A stretch of DNA of 64,000 nt. Source: Isurus oxyrinchus. Its lineage: Eukaryota. The notes beneath the pieces were generated by a model. The model had not been told where the DNA came from. It was given only the letters and a program-made list of their open reading frames with translations, and did no database searches. Where the stretch lies: NCBI GenBank assembly GCA_026770705.1, contig JANJGN010000005.1:184016001-184080000 (forward strand), in the 5' to 3' direction. Both the position numbers and the translations under genes were made by a program. Shown piece after piece: positions 51,940 through 64,000 of the stretch. The number at the start of each line of letters is the position of its first letter. The stretch's first letter is position 1.

Positions 51940-52230
51940 AATCAACATACTGGGGTTCACCATTGACCAGAAACTGAAATGGACCAGCCATATAAATACT
52001 ATGGCTACAAAAGCAAGTCAGAAGTTAGAATCCTGTGGTCAGTACCTGTCTTCCTGACTCCCCAAAACTGTCCACCATTTATCAGCACGGTAGATGTACC
52101 AACACCAGGTAGACAGCTGTAGCTCAACAATGTGGCTCCCAACCAATTTCTCAAGGCCCATTTGGGGTGGGCAGCAAATACTGGCCATATCAACAATACT
52201 CACAACTCATGGAAGAATTAAAAAAAAACT
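51940..52230 (+). mobile_element. LINE 3' end (family of 11850-13310 and 29145-29600) with A-rich tail
   Basis: ggggttcaccattgaccagaaactgaaatggaccagccatataaa...gggcagcaaatactggcc...gaattaaaaaaaa. Confidence 0.7.
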
Positions 52231-52993
52231 TCTGTGAGCTTTAATATTTCTTGCAAGTTTTCATAATTTTTCATATCGCCAGGAGTTAGCATCACTAGAA
52301 ATTACACCAGTTAACAGATGGGGTCTTTATTATCTTCTTTTACCTGCCTCTTTTTGTGTTACAAAAGGAGTATACCAACAAAAAAAAGTCTGTTGGCAAA
52401 AAGATCCAAGTGCAACAGTTGACCAAATAGCACAGGTACAACCCTAAAGTTGCAATCTTGGTCACACACAATGAGGGGGAGACCTGGAAAACCAATGAAA
52501 TTATTTAAAATACATTTTTCAAAATATTTTATCTGCAGTTTTGCCCCTTGGCCTGAAAGGATCAAAACTTAATCCATGTAACGAAAATTATGTATTTTAC
52601 AAAGTGATCAAACTTATCTATAAAACTATCTTGTCCCTTCAAATATTTTTATTAATATTTTTACTGAGACCTTAGTCTCTCTCAAAAGTATAGGTTTGCA
52701 GTCGCCATTTTCCCAGATAAATCATTCGGGCCAAGAGTGTTTCCAACCACAAATATGTGCACTAATACCCAGCGCATGGTCAGTAGTCAGGAATTTCCTG
52801 GGAAGAATCAGTGTAATTATCAATGAAAGTGAAATATTTTCTGCTCATGCTGTAACAAGATTAAGAAGGTAGCTGACATATGGGTTTTCAATTTTCAATG
52901 TGGATGCAGAAATTTATAATTTAAAAAGTAGCATGTAGAAGTACTATAAAAAGGTGACAACAAAAAGTAAAGTTCTGCAGGTGGTTAGTGTAT

Positions 52994-53805
52994 TGTGATG
53001 AACCATGTGTTTTTGGGGGGAAAAACGTATATTTTATGTCAGATTAATGGTCCCTTTAAGAACTCTAGAAGATAATTTATTGGAAAAAAACTTGTTCGAG
53101 GAATTGATCACGTGACCAAGCTGCCTGAGAGATAAACAATAGAAAAGCAAAAGGGTAAATAAGAAGGTTATTGCAGGGAACATCTCTTTCAAGCAGTTTA
53201 GTTCAGAACAAGCTACCTGCAGGGAACATCTCTTTCAGCAGAATGCAGCTTAATAATTGAAGGACTCTATTGACAGTGTATTGGATATCTAGCTTAGCCT
53301 AGCTAAGAGAGAATTCCTATAGTCAATACTGCAGAGTTAAAAACATGAGATCCAGGAAAGTTATGATCCAAGGTGCTGCACTTAAGACGCTAATGACATC
53401 TGTGTTGAACTGGGAGTCTACAACTGTTAACAATTGGATGAGATCAGAAGGGAAAACCTTGTTGGAAGTAAGTGTAACAACAAATCTCAATTCTTATATG
53501 AATCCTTGGAACAATATCCCAATACCAAGTGATTAATTTTCTAATTTCTGAATGGGTGAAGAAGGAAATGAATGAATAAGTTCAGGTTAGAGTATAATTA
53601 AGTGTTCACTGTACTTTGAATCTCTTTAGCATAACTTACTATTTAAGAGTGTGCAGGTATTAGTATGCACGTTCTTTGATTTTTGTGTAGTAAAATTCTT
53701 TGGTTTTAAAAATGAACCTTGTGACTTCATTCTTTTGATAAATATCTGCGTTTTCAGATTTCAAAAAAATAAAAACATTACTGATCTCTACCAAGCTCAT
53801 TAATA
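52994..53805 (+). mobile_element. Probable solo LTR
   Basis: Starts tgtgatga, ends cattaata (decayed taaca); flanks gtat/gcat; internal 20-bp direct repeat tgcagggaacatctctttca at 53171 and 53218. Confidence 0.55.
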
Positions 53806-56389
53806 GCATGCAGGGATAACTGGCCTGGTATTTAGGCATAATCCAGTCCCCAATTTAAAAGTGTGATTTCTGTTCCTATTTTTGCTTCAATTATATATAA
53901 ATAAACTGCAAAACTTAAAAAACCTTGGGTAACAAAGTCCATTGGGCCAAGAGTTTGACTCCAATATAAGCTAAGGAAATTGGAGGGTATGGGGAGAGAA
54001 AGCAAACAATGTTCTACAGTGTCACTACTGGTGGGAAGCAATAAACACAGTGTGACAAGTTTAAACAGATAGCTTCCATTAAAAAGGTGGATATAGGAAC
54101 TTTCGAATCAACCTTTCTCAGTAGGAAAAACAATAAAGGAGGCAAACTTTTGTTTGCAGAAATGTTTTTAATATAGTATGGACAGTTATAGATACACTAC
54201 ATTTAATATCATAATAACTTCACTACAAACCATGATTAAAGAACTGCAAGTTATTAAACAATTGCAATGTAAACATTTAAATGCTTTAGTTTAGGACATG
54301 AGAACACCTGCATTACAAACCAATTTACAGACCTCAAAAGCTAGTGTAAGATAGAAGATGCAGCAACTGCAAAAGGGGGAAAAGTTAGGAGAAAATGAAT
54401 TATATGCCCCCCAAAAATGTGTTTCTATAGAAAAAAGTGCATTCCTGTGTTCCTGAAATAATGTATAACATTAGTAGTTCCTATTCTTCCTACTTTGGCC
54501 AAACTCAACTTGACCAAGTGATTATTTTTGTAAAGTTATTACCTGACTACTAAATTTGAAAGTTCTTCTTTCAGACCCACATGAATGGTACACAAGCAAG
54601 GTTGCAACAGACAGATGATTAAAGTAACAAAATACCTTAAACGCTTTAGAAACAAAGGACTTAATTTCATATATAAGACAGTTAAACTTTTCAAATGTAC
54701 TATGTTGTATTTAATTTAAAAGCAATGAGGTTAGGCAGCCAATCAATTAAGCTGCTTTGGCCAAAAGCAGGCTACAGCTATGATTTTGTAATAGTGTAAC
54801 ATTAAACATTCTTTGAAGGACATAAAGCAGCAGTGGCCATTAATTTTTGAGATTGGTCATTTCACTGACAAATCATATTTGCACAACAACTGATGTCTCA
54901 GTAGCCAGGTTCAAAATATATTTTTCCACACTGGTTTACTTGGGTCTACATTACTGTCAAGTTATCAATCTTAGAGGCCATAGTGGTTGCCTAGTTTTAT
55001 AAAAGCACTAAATATAGACCACATTACAATTTTCTGTGGACCAGAATATCATGTAGCACGATAATCACAAAGTTGGCTGGCATGAGCAGAAATGATCATT
55101 CTTAAATGTGATTAACAGAAAATTATCCAATGATATTTAAGTCATTGCTCCTCTTCTACACCAGCCACACCATCATCTTGATTTTGTTTTTCAACCAGTC
55201 AAATCTTGGGGAAGAGGAACTCTAATTAAGACTAGGATGAAATTTTGCACAGTAGAAATATAAATGAGATCAATTGGGCTGATGTAGTAAGAAAGTATAA
55301 CACCAAGTAGAAACACAAGGGAAACTTAGCTTGCATACTTACAAGTTCTAAGGTAAGGTATAAAAGAGAGGAAGGAGCTTTGTGTGGTCCTCAAAAAAAA
55401 CACCAGGACGACTGGTTAAAAAAAGTTTTAAATTTCTGAAAGTAACTCCTTCAAAAAAAATCTGTTCTTATCTTAAACTGTTGGTGATTTGATTTTTTTC
55501 TGGTATTCACACAACATCCATTCATCAAATTCTGTCCTCCACTGCAAGCTTTCATCAGTTGATCAAGAAATAATTCACATGATACAGAAGTACACTAATA
55601 CAGAAGTGGTGTCCTATATCGTCATCCTTCACTTCTTTCCCATCTGTTATCGCCTACAATTGAGATAATCTAGGCCATTATATGAGCTTTGTGTGGGAAC
55701 AACAGCAGTCCCTAACAGCTAAATAATACAGTAGAAAAAGAATACCAGACACCAAAAATAATGACGACACTTTGTATTGTGCAGCAGGCAAAACACAAGC
55801 TTCCTCCTACTTCAATCAAAATAGGCACATGTCTTAGGAGGACAGGGAAGGGATTAAACTAATTTATTAAAATAAAATTGTGTTTTGCCTCTATTTTTCA
55901 TAGTTAACTTTCTTCATATTACAGGAAAGTGCATTAAAAAAAACCATACTTGGCATATTGCAATCCCAATGTAGGGGAGCAGAGTGGGCCTAACAACATT
56001 ATTAGAAGAAAGCATCAGGTTAGAGGGTGCCAAGAACTTCTAGTACCAGGTATGATTGAACCCTAGAAGTCAAATCTCAACTGTTCTTTATCATGTAAGT
56101 TATAATGCAGCAGTTAGAGACTGTTCTTCTTGCGAAAAGGTGATGCAATTAAAAGTGAAATTAATTTATTCAACCAAATGAAACTGTCTTCTATAAGCCC
56201 CAAACCAATGAGGGAAATTGTCCACCTGTTCAGTTAATTTGTGTGGACATTCCTCAAATCATTCTACTTACACTGCACATGATTTCCTTTCACGTTGCCT
56301 ATCTACTCTGCTGGGTGTCTTCCTACATTCAAAGTGTGTCAAGCATGACTGCCAATTTAGTCTTGGACAAGAAAGCACATCAGAGTTCT

Positions 56390-56530
56390 CTTGATGACTT
56401 AGTGGGTCAAGGCGTGTCTGGTCCAGCACAAAAGCATACACAGAAAAATATTCTATGCCTGGTTTTCAGTCTGTTAGCTGATCTCAGCCAGGATATAGAA
56501 GTGTGCCAACTAGCCTCCCAAGTTAGGAAA
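56390..56530 (+). mobile_element. LF-SINE-like head fragment; related body fragments at about 56880-57045 and 57950-58075
   Basis: gacttagtgggtcaa...ttagctgatctcagcc; body motifs cactcaccatttagg..atgaagaatggtcac and gacactcactgtccaggttcaca. Confidence 0.5.
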
Positions 56531-57319
56531 AAGATTTGAGGTTAATTACGATTCTTTGGTACCTAATTGCCAGTTAAATTAATCACAGCTGGAGAAGATA
56601 AGAGAAAGATGGAGAATATAATTTTTACATATATCCATACAAACTGACTGTCTTAAGATACGTCGAGTAAAAAATCAATGGAGTGTTCACAGATCTATCT
56701 TCCACCCACTTAGCAAAGCACAGAAGAACCTCACAACAGTGCAGCCATCGAAAAGTAGTAACTTGCAGCCATTTGTCTGGTTAACTGAATACCAGTAAAC
56801 ATACACAAACTGTGTGCATGTATGCCCATAAAAATATAATGCGCATATTTGTAGGTTCATCTACAATCAGGTTCAGTTTGATACCAGCCATTGGAGAAAC
56901 ACTGGCAGCACTCACCATTTAGGTTTATCTATGAAGAATGGTCACATGATCAAGGAATTAAAGGTCGCCTGGGGTTGATAGCACAGCACACCTGCAGAAG
57001 TCAGTGCCTTCATAACGGAAGGAACAAAAAAAAGGGAGTGGAAAAATGCTGTCTTATATGCCAGGGCCACAGACGTACCACTAACAAGTCTTAAGGAATG
57101 ATGCAGCTCCTTAACCAGCACTGTCTTGCAAGAAAGGAGCACTACTGGGCAACATTCTGCTGGCCTTTAGCATTGAATGTATCTGCATTGACCTAAGGAC
57201 TATTAAACTGATGCCAAAAATGATTACATAGATCAAGAGCGTGTATACAATTCATCATAAAGATGTATTTCCACCTCTGTAACATCACATGTCACTGTTG
57301 CTACCTTAGCTGAGCTGCC

Positions 57320-57775
57320 ACGTAATTTCTCTTCCATGCCCTTTGTTACTTTCAGGCCTGAACATTAAAACGTTCTCCTGCCTGGTATCCAATCCATTTT
57401 CTGAGAGTTTCAGCTAATGCCAAACTCTGCTACCTGTATACTGTCCCATACCAGACTCCTTTAGCAGCTCCAGGTCACCAAGATCTCCAATGTAAAATTC
57501 ACATTCTTGCATCTAAATCATCTCTTGGTCCCACGCGGTCCCATCTTTCTCTCCTCTGGTTCTACAACTCCCAAAAGCACCCCACCTGAAAAATAAAACT
57601 CTGTTCCTCTGACTCCAGCCCTTTGAATGCCTCCCACTTCCTTTGCCCCATAACTAATTGCCGTGCCTTGTTATCTATGCCCCATTATCCCAAATTCTCA
57701 CCCTAAATCTCTGCGCATCTCCACCTCCCTCTCCTCTTTAATGACCCTCCTCTTAGACCAATTTTTTTTGTCATA
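57320..57775 (+). mobile_element. L2-type LINE 3' fragment
   Basis: caaactctgctacctgtatactgtccc...taaaattcacattcttg...ccctaaatctctgcgcatctccacctccctctcctc. Confidence 0.7.
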
Positions 57776-60700
57776 TTTATGTCAAGGACTATAATTGTTC
57801 TACTCAGCTGGTTTTAAGCTGGAATTGCAAAGTAAACATAGGCTCCCATTCTTGTCAGTGATAACTACAGTGCAAGACAAGGTACTGACAGCCCAGCTGC
57901 AGCCTACTGAAGTCGGAGGACTGGTGGATGGCCATAATGGTCATGGAATAGACAAATGAGCAATCCCTGTTGAAAGTGCACATGAAGACAAGGTTAGCCT
58001 GATCCATATGGCCCCCACGATCATTAGTCCACTGACACTCACTGTCCAGGTTCACAAAGTGAAATATAGGGTCAGTACAGGAAATCAAAAAGATTTCTCT
58101 TTTCAATTTTAGCACTTAGATTTTGAGGAAGGTTGTTGTGTCCTTTTCCATTTCAACTGAAGAATTAATGAAATTTGCATACAATTCTAACATTCTTAAT
58201 GTTTCACAACAGGATCTGTTTGTAAATATAGTAAACACTATTGCATTACAGAAACTTGCAAAGGATGTGTTCAAACTCAACTGAAAGCTCAAATACAATA
58301 CATAAGTTTCAATTAATATTGCAGGTACTTATTGAGCCAACAGTAACTTCTACAAATAGTTGCTGTTTTACAGTGGTGGGGACTTAATGATTTATGTTTT
58401 TGTATGGTCATACAGGGCAGGGTGGAGCAGAACAATCCTTGGATGGAAAGAACAGTGTTTAATACAGTACAACATTAACACGAACGAAAATTAGCCAAGC
58501 ATTACACTTCATTTATAATTGTCAGTAATTATTTTAGTTCAGCTCATCCATCCACTGAAGCAAAATATGAAAGGATGTTTCTGCAAATCATGTCCAAAGT
58601 ACCATTTTTCATAACTTTTAAAAAAGGCACCAATCGTGGCTACTTTTCATAAATTGTGCCCTTAATCATAACATGAAGTTCCTGACAAATAAAATGATTC
58701 GGCTCAATGGCAATAATTAAATGTAAATGCCATTGTTTACCACTGCAAGGATTTTTAAAAAAAATTATAAAAATCATGTCAACTCCAATCATTGCAAATT
58801 ATAGTGACCTCAGATACTAGTAATAAATTCACCTGATCACATAAGATGAAGAAAATGTCCTAGACAGGGCATGGTGCCAGAAAATGCACTGCCCTAGAAA
58901 AGACTGCAAAACCACAAGAAATCTAACCTGGATGTTTTAGTACTCACACAGCAGTGATCTTCAATGACTTGTTGAAACTTTAATTCTCTGATCACATTAA
59001 GTGGTTTGGGAAGACAACAAAATCTGAACTATCATCTTTGGCGCTATCATCTCTTGAAGAAAAGCTCTAAAAGTTTGCAGCTTTATTTATTCAGGGTGTC
59101 ACACTGGATTAGGTTGCAATACTCAGATGATGATGATACTGACAGCTAATGTCAACATAAGAATCCACAATCTATTATATCAGATAGATGCAAAAATCAG
59201 AGATGATTGACAGGTACAAACACCATATGTTTCTGTATCTATTATTGGATTACTATCTCATACATAAATACCTCTCATTTTGTATTTACAAGAATATAAC
59301 CACTCCTTCAAGGCACATCAGTCTGAGCTTTAGCAACTTCAAAAGATTTGGTCCATTCGAACTCTGGACTCTCCATGCAAAAAAAAGTTAATCTTCCATC
59401 CTCATAATTAGATATTAACCACAAACGTATTGGTAGAAAACAGCAAAGCAAAATGTACTTTGGGTGCAACTTTGTCAACTTTAAAACAATGTATTACATA
59501 AAGTTGTAGCATTTAGGGCATGCAACTACCTGTGGTATACACATTTACGCTGTTTTGACATTAGCCCAGTAGGTGGCATTACATATACATAAATCGTTTC
59601 AACTGTACTCTTACAGAAGCTGTTCTGGTAACAGGGCTTTTAATTTAATTAAATATTCAAGCTTTACATTTTTTAAACATTTTGCATAAATAGTTATTTT
59701 TGTGAAAATAATTTAGGTAACTAGCAAAGTCTGATAGGACTTATTTTTTTTACAAGAAATGAAGTCAAACTATGCAGCCCTGAGCTTCAAACAGTACAAT
59801 TTTTGTTTGCAAAATATTACTGTTAATACACATGAACAAAGCATTAATGAGTTACTTCCATCAGGAATCCATAACTGAGTAGTCCACAAACTATAACCCA
59901 GGTTTAATTGGGACTGCTGTGTTCCTAACTCATTAATTATGAATTTGTTTTAAAAGAATTGCTAGCTCCTTAGGAACAAACTTGCTTTAAATAACTTTTC
60001 ACACATTCAGGACATTCCAAAGCACTCCATGATATTAACTAATGCTAACCTTATTAACCATGGAATACACAAATAGTTCAAAGTAAAAATATTAACCGTA
60101 TAACATCCTCCATCAGTCAGAGAACTGTGGTACCATGACTCAGTGTACCTCAAATATTTGTAATACTCTATTATATTCTCTGCAGTACAAATGAGGGAGC
60201 TTCCAGACTGGCAAGTTACAAGAACATGTAAATTGCCATCAGAGCTAACCCTTTGACAGTGCAAAACATTTCTGTTTTGGACAAAATTATGAACTAAAAC
60301 GTTTTTATTGACTCCATTCTTTAGTCACCATACTTTGTAACTCCTATTCAAAATTTACTTTGCTGAGGAATAAAGTGTTGAAAGCTAAGAAAAAAAGTAT
60401 CCAAGTACAATAAGACAAAATTTAGGCTTTAAGTAATTACAATAAAGCACAAAATTCAAACTAAGGGCTTAAGACAACATCTTAATCCTTCAAATGCAAC
60501 TCAATTCTAGCTAAAACTTAATTCTATAGGCAATAAACAGGCACCAGTTACATTAGGCAAATTTTGCTTGTCTCAATACAACAACTTCACTTTGTAAATT
60601 GTAATCTGCACCAATTTTAATGTGGGGTCAGTTTACATTTTAATTTCTGCAATTTAGATCATATTTCTCAATAGTTTATAGAAGGAGGTATCTTCTCCTT

Positions 60701-61802
60701 TACTAATGATATTATCTTACAGCAAAAAATGACTAAATGCTCACATCTCCATTTCTTAAGTGGCTCCAATTCAATCCCCATAACTGAAAGCAAACCTATT
60801 AACTTCTTATTCTCCATTTAGAAACTCCGTATTCAATGATGCTGCATTTTCAGATATATGCAGTGCCTTCAAAACTTCATCCTGTAATTGACATTATTTG
60901 CTGATGCTTCCCACAAAAAAACCTAAATGCATGCAAGACATTTAGGTTGTAAGTTACAACTTTAATTATAACACTATTTTGCTGATGTGCCAAACACTCA
61001 AAATTGTAGATTATTAAGTTTACACAGAAGCTCAGTTAATTACGGCTACATTTTTCTGTATCTTCTTCTTGTGTCTTGCAGAATGTATATTCTGCTGAAA
61101 ACACTAATTATGGGTTTTTCACAATTTTATTTTGTAGAGTTAAAAATTATTTGTAATTGATAAATCTTTTTTTTGCACTGCAAAATCTTAGAATCCAGTT
61201 AAGGATGCATATTTACTTTAGTAGCTGAAGATAAATTATCCATTCTTTTTGAATTGAAAAACCAGAAGTAACTTGATTAAACTGAATCAAGTTCGAGGCA
61301 AATCAATTAACTACATTAAATCTGATCCTACTTCAGATATTTTATGTCTCCCTATATTCCTGTCTACTTACAGCACTCTGCCATTAACTCCATATAATTC
61401 TCAAAGGTCGCTAACTTAATTCTGATATAAAAGTTTTCCCAAAATATACAATTAAACACTAGCAAAATTCCAGCTATTTATCAGCAGCTGCATATATTAA
61501 GTGCATTCAGATAGTAATATCAAGTCACACATGAATGGGCATGTTAATGGTTTGCTTGCACTGAGATTCAAGGGAATTCACATCTTGCTTCCACGCTACT
61601 AATCTAGAAAAAATCCATAAAGGAAAACTGCGGAATATTGCATAAGTAGCAATAATCTTAAGCAGCTAAAAAAATGAAATACTTCAACTGTAGAAATGAA
61701 CATCATAGGCATTCGTAATGGTTAAGTTTCCAAGATGGTTACGCTTTGCTCTTTAAAATACAAATGGCAAAGCAGCAAGGATTTAAAGACTTATATAATA
61801 TG

Positions 61803-61905
61803 AACAAAAACAGAAAATACTGGAAAAACTGAATAGGTCTAGCAGCATCTGTGGAGAAAGAAAAAGAGTTAACATTTCTGGTCTGTATGACTCTTCTTCA
61901 GAGCT
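61803..61905 (-). mobile_element. Penelope-like terminal-repeat fragment
   Basis: aaaaacagaaaatactggaaaaactgaataggtctagcagcatctgtggag...gagttaacatttc; same family as the 48.2-kb arms. Confidence 0.8.
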
Positions 61906-63262
61906 TTAGATATTTGTTAGTAGATATTTATCTTTAAATAGTATTCACCCTGCAATTTTATTTAAGATTTTGCAGTAATATAACAGCAACTCCAATTTGC
62001 AAAATATTGATTGGTCACATTATCACACCACAGCTCCCTTCACATACCGCCCAAAACTGCAACTACAGAAGTCTACTTGAAAATAACACTTACAGAAATG
62101 CCCAGAGACATTTTAATTCTTACAAACACAAGATGATTCCATTTTCTAATTGATGTTACTGAGAAACCTGACCTGGAAACTCAGGTGGATCCTGTCACTT
62201 TGATGACTTTTAAGTTTTCATTTTAAATACAATTCTTGGGAAACCAGTGAAAGATTCAAGCCATTAATTCAGGTGCTGTAATTCCCATTGTGCATCCAGT
62301 CATCTATTTGGAATTGCTAACTTTGAAAGTTACTGTACAAATATATAAAAGAGCAGCTGACAGAAGTTTTAAAAAAGCCAGGACTGTATATGTCCTCATT
62401 TGATAATTATGCGTAAAAAGATGGCATTATGTTTATTGTTAATAACAACTGCATGCTACAATTTAAAACACAGGATTGCTTTATAACATGATCTGATGAC
62501 TAAAATAAACAGATAGTCTCTATCCCAAATCTGGTGCTTCTTCACATTTAAAATGAATAGGGGAAGGGGTGGAATGAAATCATTTGTACCCTATTTAGTA
62601 GAGTAGCATTTCCATTATAGCAAAATTGCAATCCAATGCTAGGACAAAAATCAATGGACAGATTTCAGAGTTTTTCCAAAACACAATGTGTTGGAAAAAA
62701 ACATGTCAAACCCTAAACAAAAATAAAGCATCCTTTCTTCAGGAGCTCCATGAATTAGCATGTAACCCCCTATATCCCGAAATTATGGGAGAACATCTGA
62801 TTAGTCACAACCAGCTGACAAGGTAGCTGCACACCTTGAGGAGCAGCATGAAATGCAATAGAGTGTTTTTTTTAATTATACTGGCATATGGAAAGCATTG
62901 CAAAATATGCAAAGTGAATTCTTCAGGTAGTATGTTAAAATTTACTTCTTTAAAGATTGCTGCATAATATGTGAATTCAATATTCCAGATCATAAGCCAA
63001 AATGTAAATTTTCAAAATCTGGTTTTCTACAACTTCATACACACAATAGGCTTCAACGTAATATTGAAATAAAAATAAATATGCCATCTTCATAACAACC
63101 AAACAAGTCATATGTCTTAACAAATCAACTGGTCTGTCACTAAAAGATTTTCCCTAAAAAAATTTAGTGTAAAGGTTAGTGGTACACATTAACATGGCAG
63201 ACATACAAATATTTGTAATTTATACTGTGATGAATGCTGTTGGGATGCCAGGAAGAGAGAAA

Positions 63263-63578
63263 AGTTACAACATTGAAGAATTCTGCTTTCCACTGAAGTG
63301 CCAATGATGCCAGACATATTTATTGGGTGCTACACCAGTATAATGCCAAATTTGTAGCAAGTAAACATTTAAAAATATGCACAAAAAGATTCAAACCGTG
63401 ATCCAAAAGTGACATGCATGACACACAAGTTTTGCACATAATGTAGTGTCACCAACATAAAATGAGACATCATGACCATAGGTTTTTTAACAGAAAAAAA
63501 GCTTGGTGTAGCAACCAATAAATATGTCTGGCATCACTGGCACTTTTGAGGAAACCAGGATTCTTCAATGTTATACCT
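63263..63578. mobile_element. MITE-like element with about 75-bp inverted arms (63263-63337 and 63504-63578)
   Basis: aacattgaagaattctgctttccactgaagtgccaatgatgccagacatatttattgggtgctacacca versus reverse complement of the right arm aacattgaagaatcctggtttcctcaaaagtgccagtgatgccagacatatttattggttgctacacca. Confidence 0.75.
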
Positions 63579-64000
63579 AAAGTGCAACACTAGTAGTAAA
63601 TAGTGAGAAGTGGAATATGTACAAATCTGTATTTATGGTTAACACAAACTCAAAAAAGAGGTTAAAGCAACGGCATCTATAATTATATCAGCCATTATGT
63701 TGAATGATAGCACTCTCAGAAAAGATCAAGTCATTTATTTTGAGCAGAGCTCCACAACAATTTTGTCGGTGTTTTAACTCGGAATAACTTTAGTTCCTGA
63801 TCTGAGCAGTGCCAAGTAGGGAAGCACTGATCAGGAACCGTACATGTACCAGCATGGAGTGGGGAGGTGGGGGGGGGATCGTAAAGGAGATTATAGTGAG
63901 GTAGTCCTCAGCACCTTCTAATAGCTATCTATAGGGTGCATTGGTATATCAAACCAGATGAGTAAAAAGGGTGATACTAGCCCAAAGAAAGAGGGAGTAA

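Noticed and set aside
58866-58895. Small hairpin agggca-tg-gtgc...gcac-tgccct
   Set aside because: Too short to distinguish from chance in 64 kb.
58940-59000. Strong minus-strand donor gtgagt as a candidate upstream ATP9B exon
   Set aside because: Translation lacks the expected DGETDWKL motif; no such exon was found in 37292-64000.
1-64000. Prokaryotic-type systems (CRISPR, operons, defence islands) or a novel multi-ORF system
   Set aside because: The sequence is vertebrate intron; long ORFs trace to LINE or Penelope remnants and the rest are short, overlapping and domain-free.

Overview
AT-rich, CpG-depleted vertebrate DNA. The repeat content (CR1 and L2 LINEs, Deu-domain and LF-like SINEs, Penelope remnants) looks like a cartilaginous fish (shark); that assignment is an inference. 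The window appears to lie entirely inside the P4-ATPase gene ATP9B on the minus strand. Three small coding exons (37211-37291, 24495-24570, 19933-20009) splice in frame with canonical GT-AG sites; I did not find the neighbouring exons. The rest is intron: decayed and often nested transposable elements (CR1, L2, RTE, SINEs, solo LTRs, MITEs, a Helentron/HINE-like element, Penelope-like elements) and several repeat-free blocks that look like conserved enhancers. The most striking structure is a young 92-bp-arm near-perfect palindrome with a 13-14 bp target-site duplication at 48201-48448. It is built from a Penelope-like terminal repeat that carries a minimal hammerhead-ribozyme-like motif, and the same motif recurs at about 39.4, 40.8 and 61.9 kb. 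I found no convincing novel protein-coding system; almost all listed ORFs are chance or TE-derived. Family names come from remembered consensus sequences, not database searches, and most repeat boundaries are approximate.
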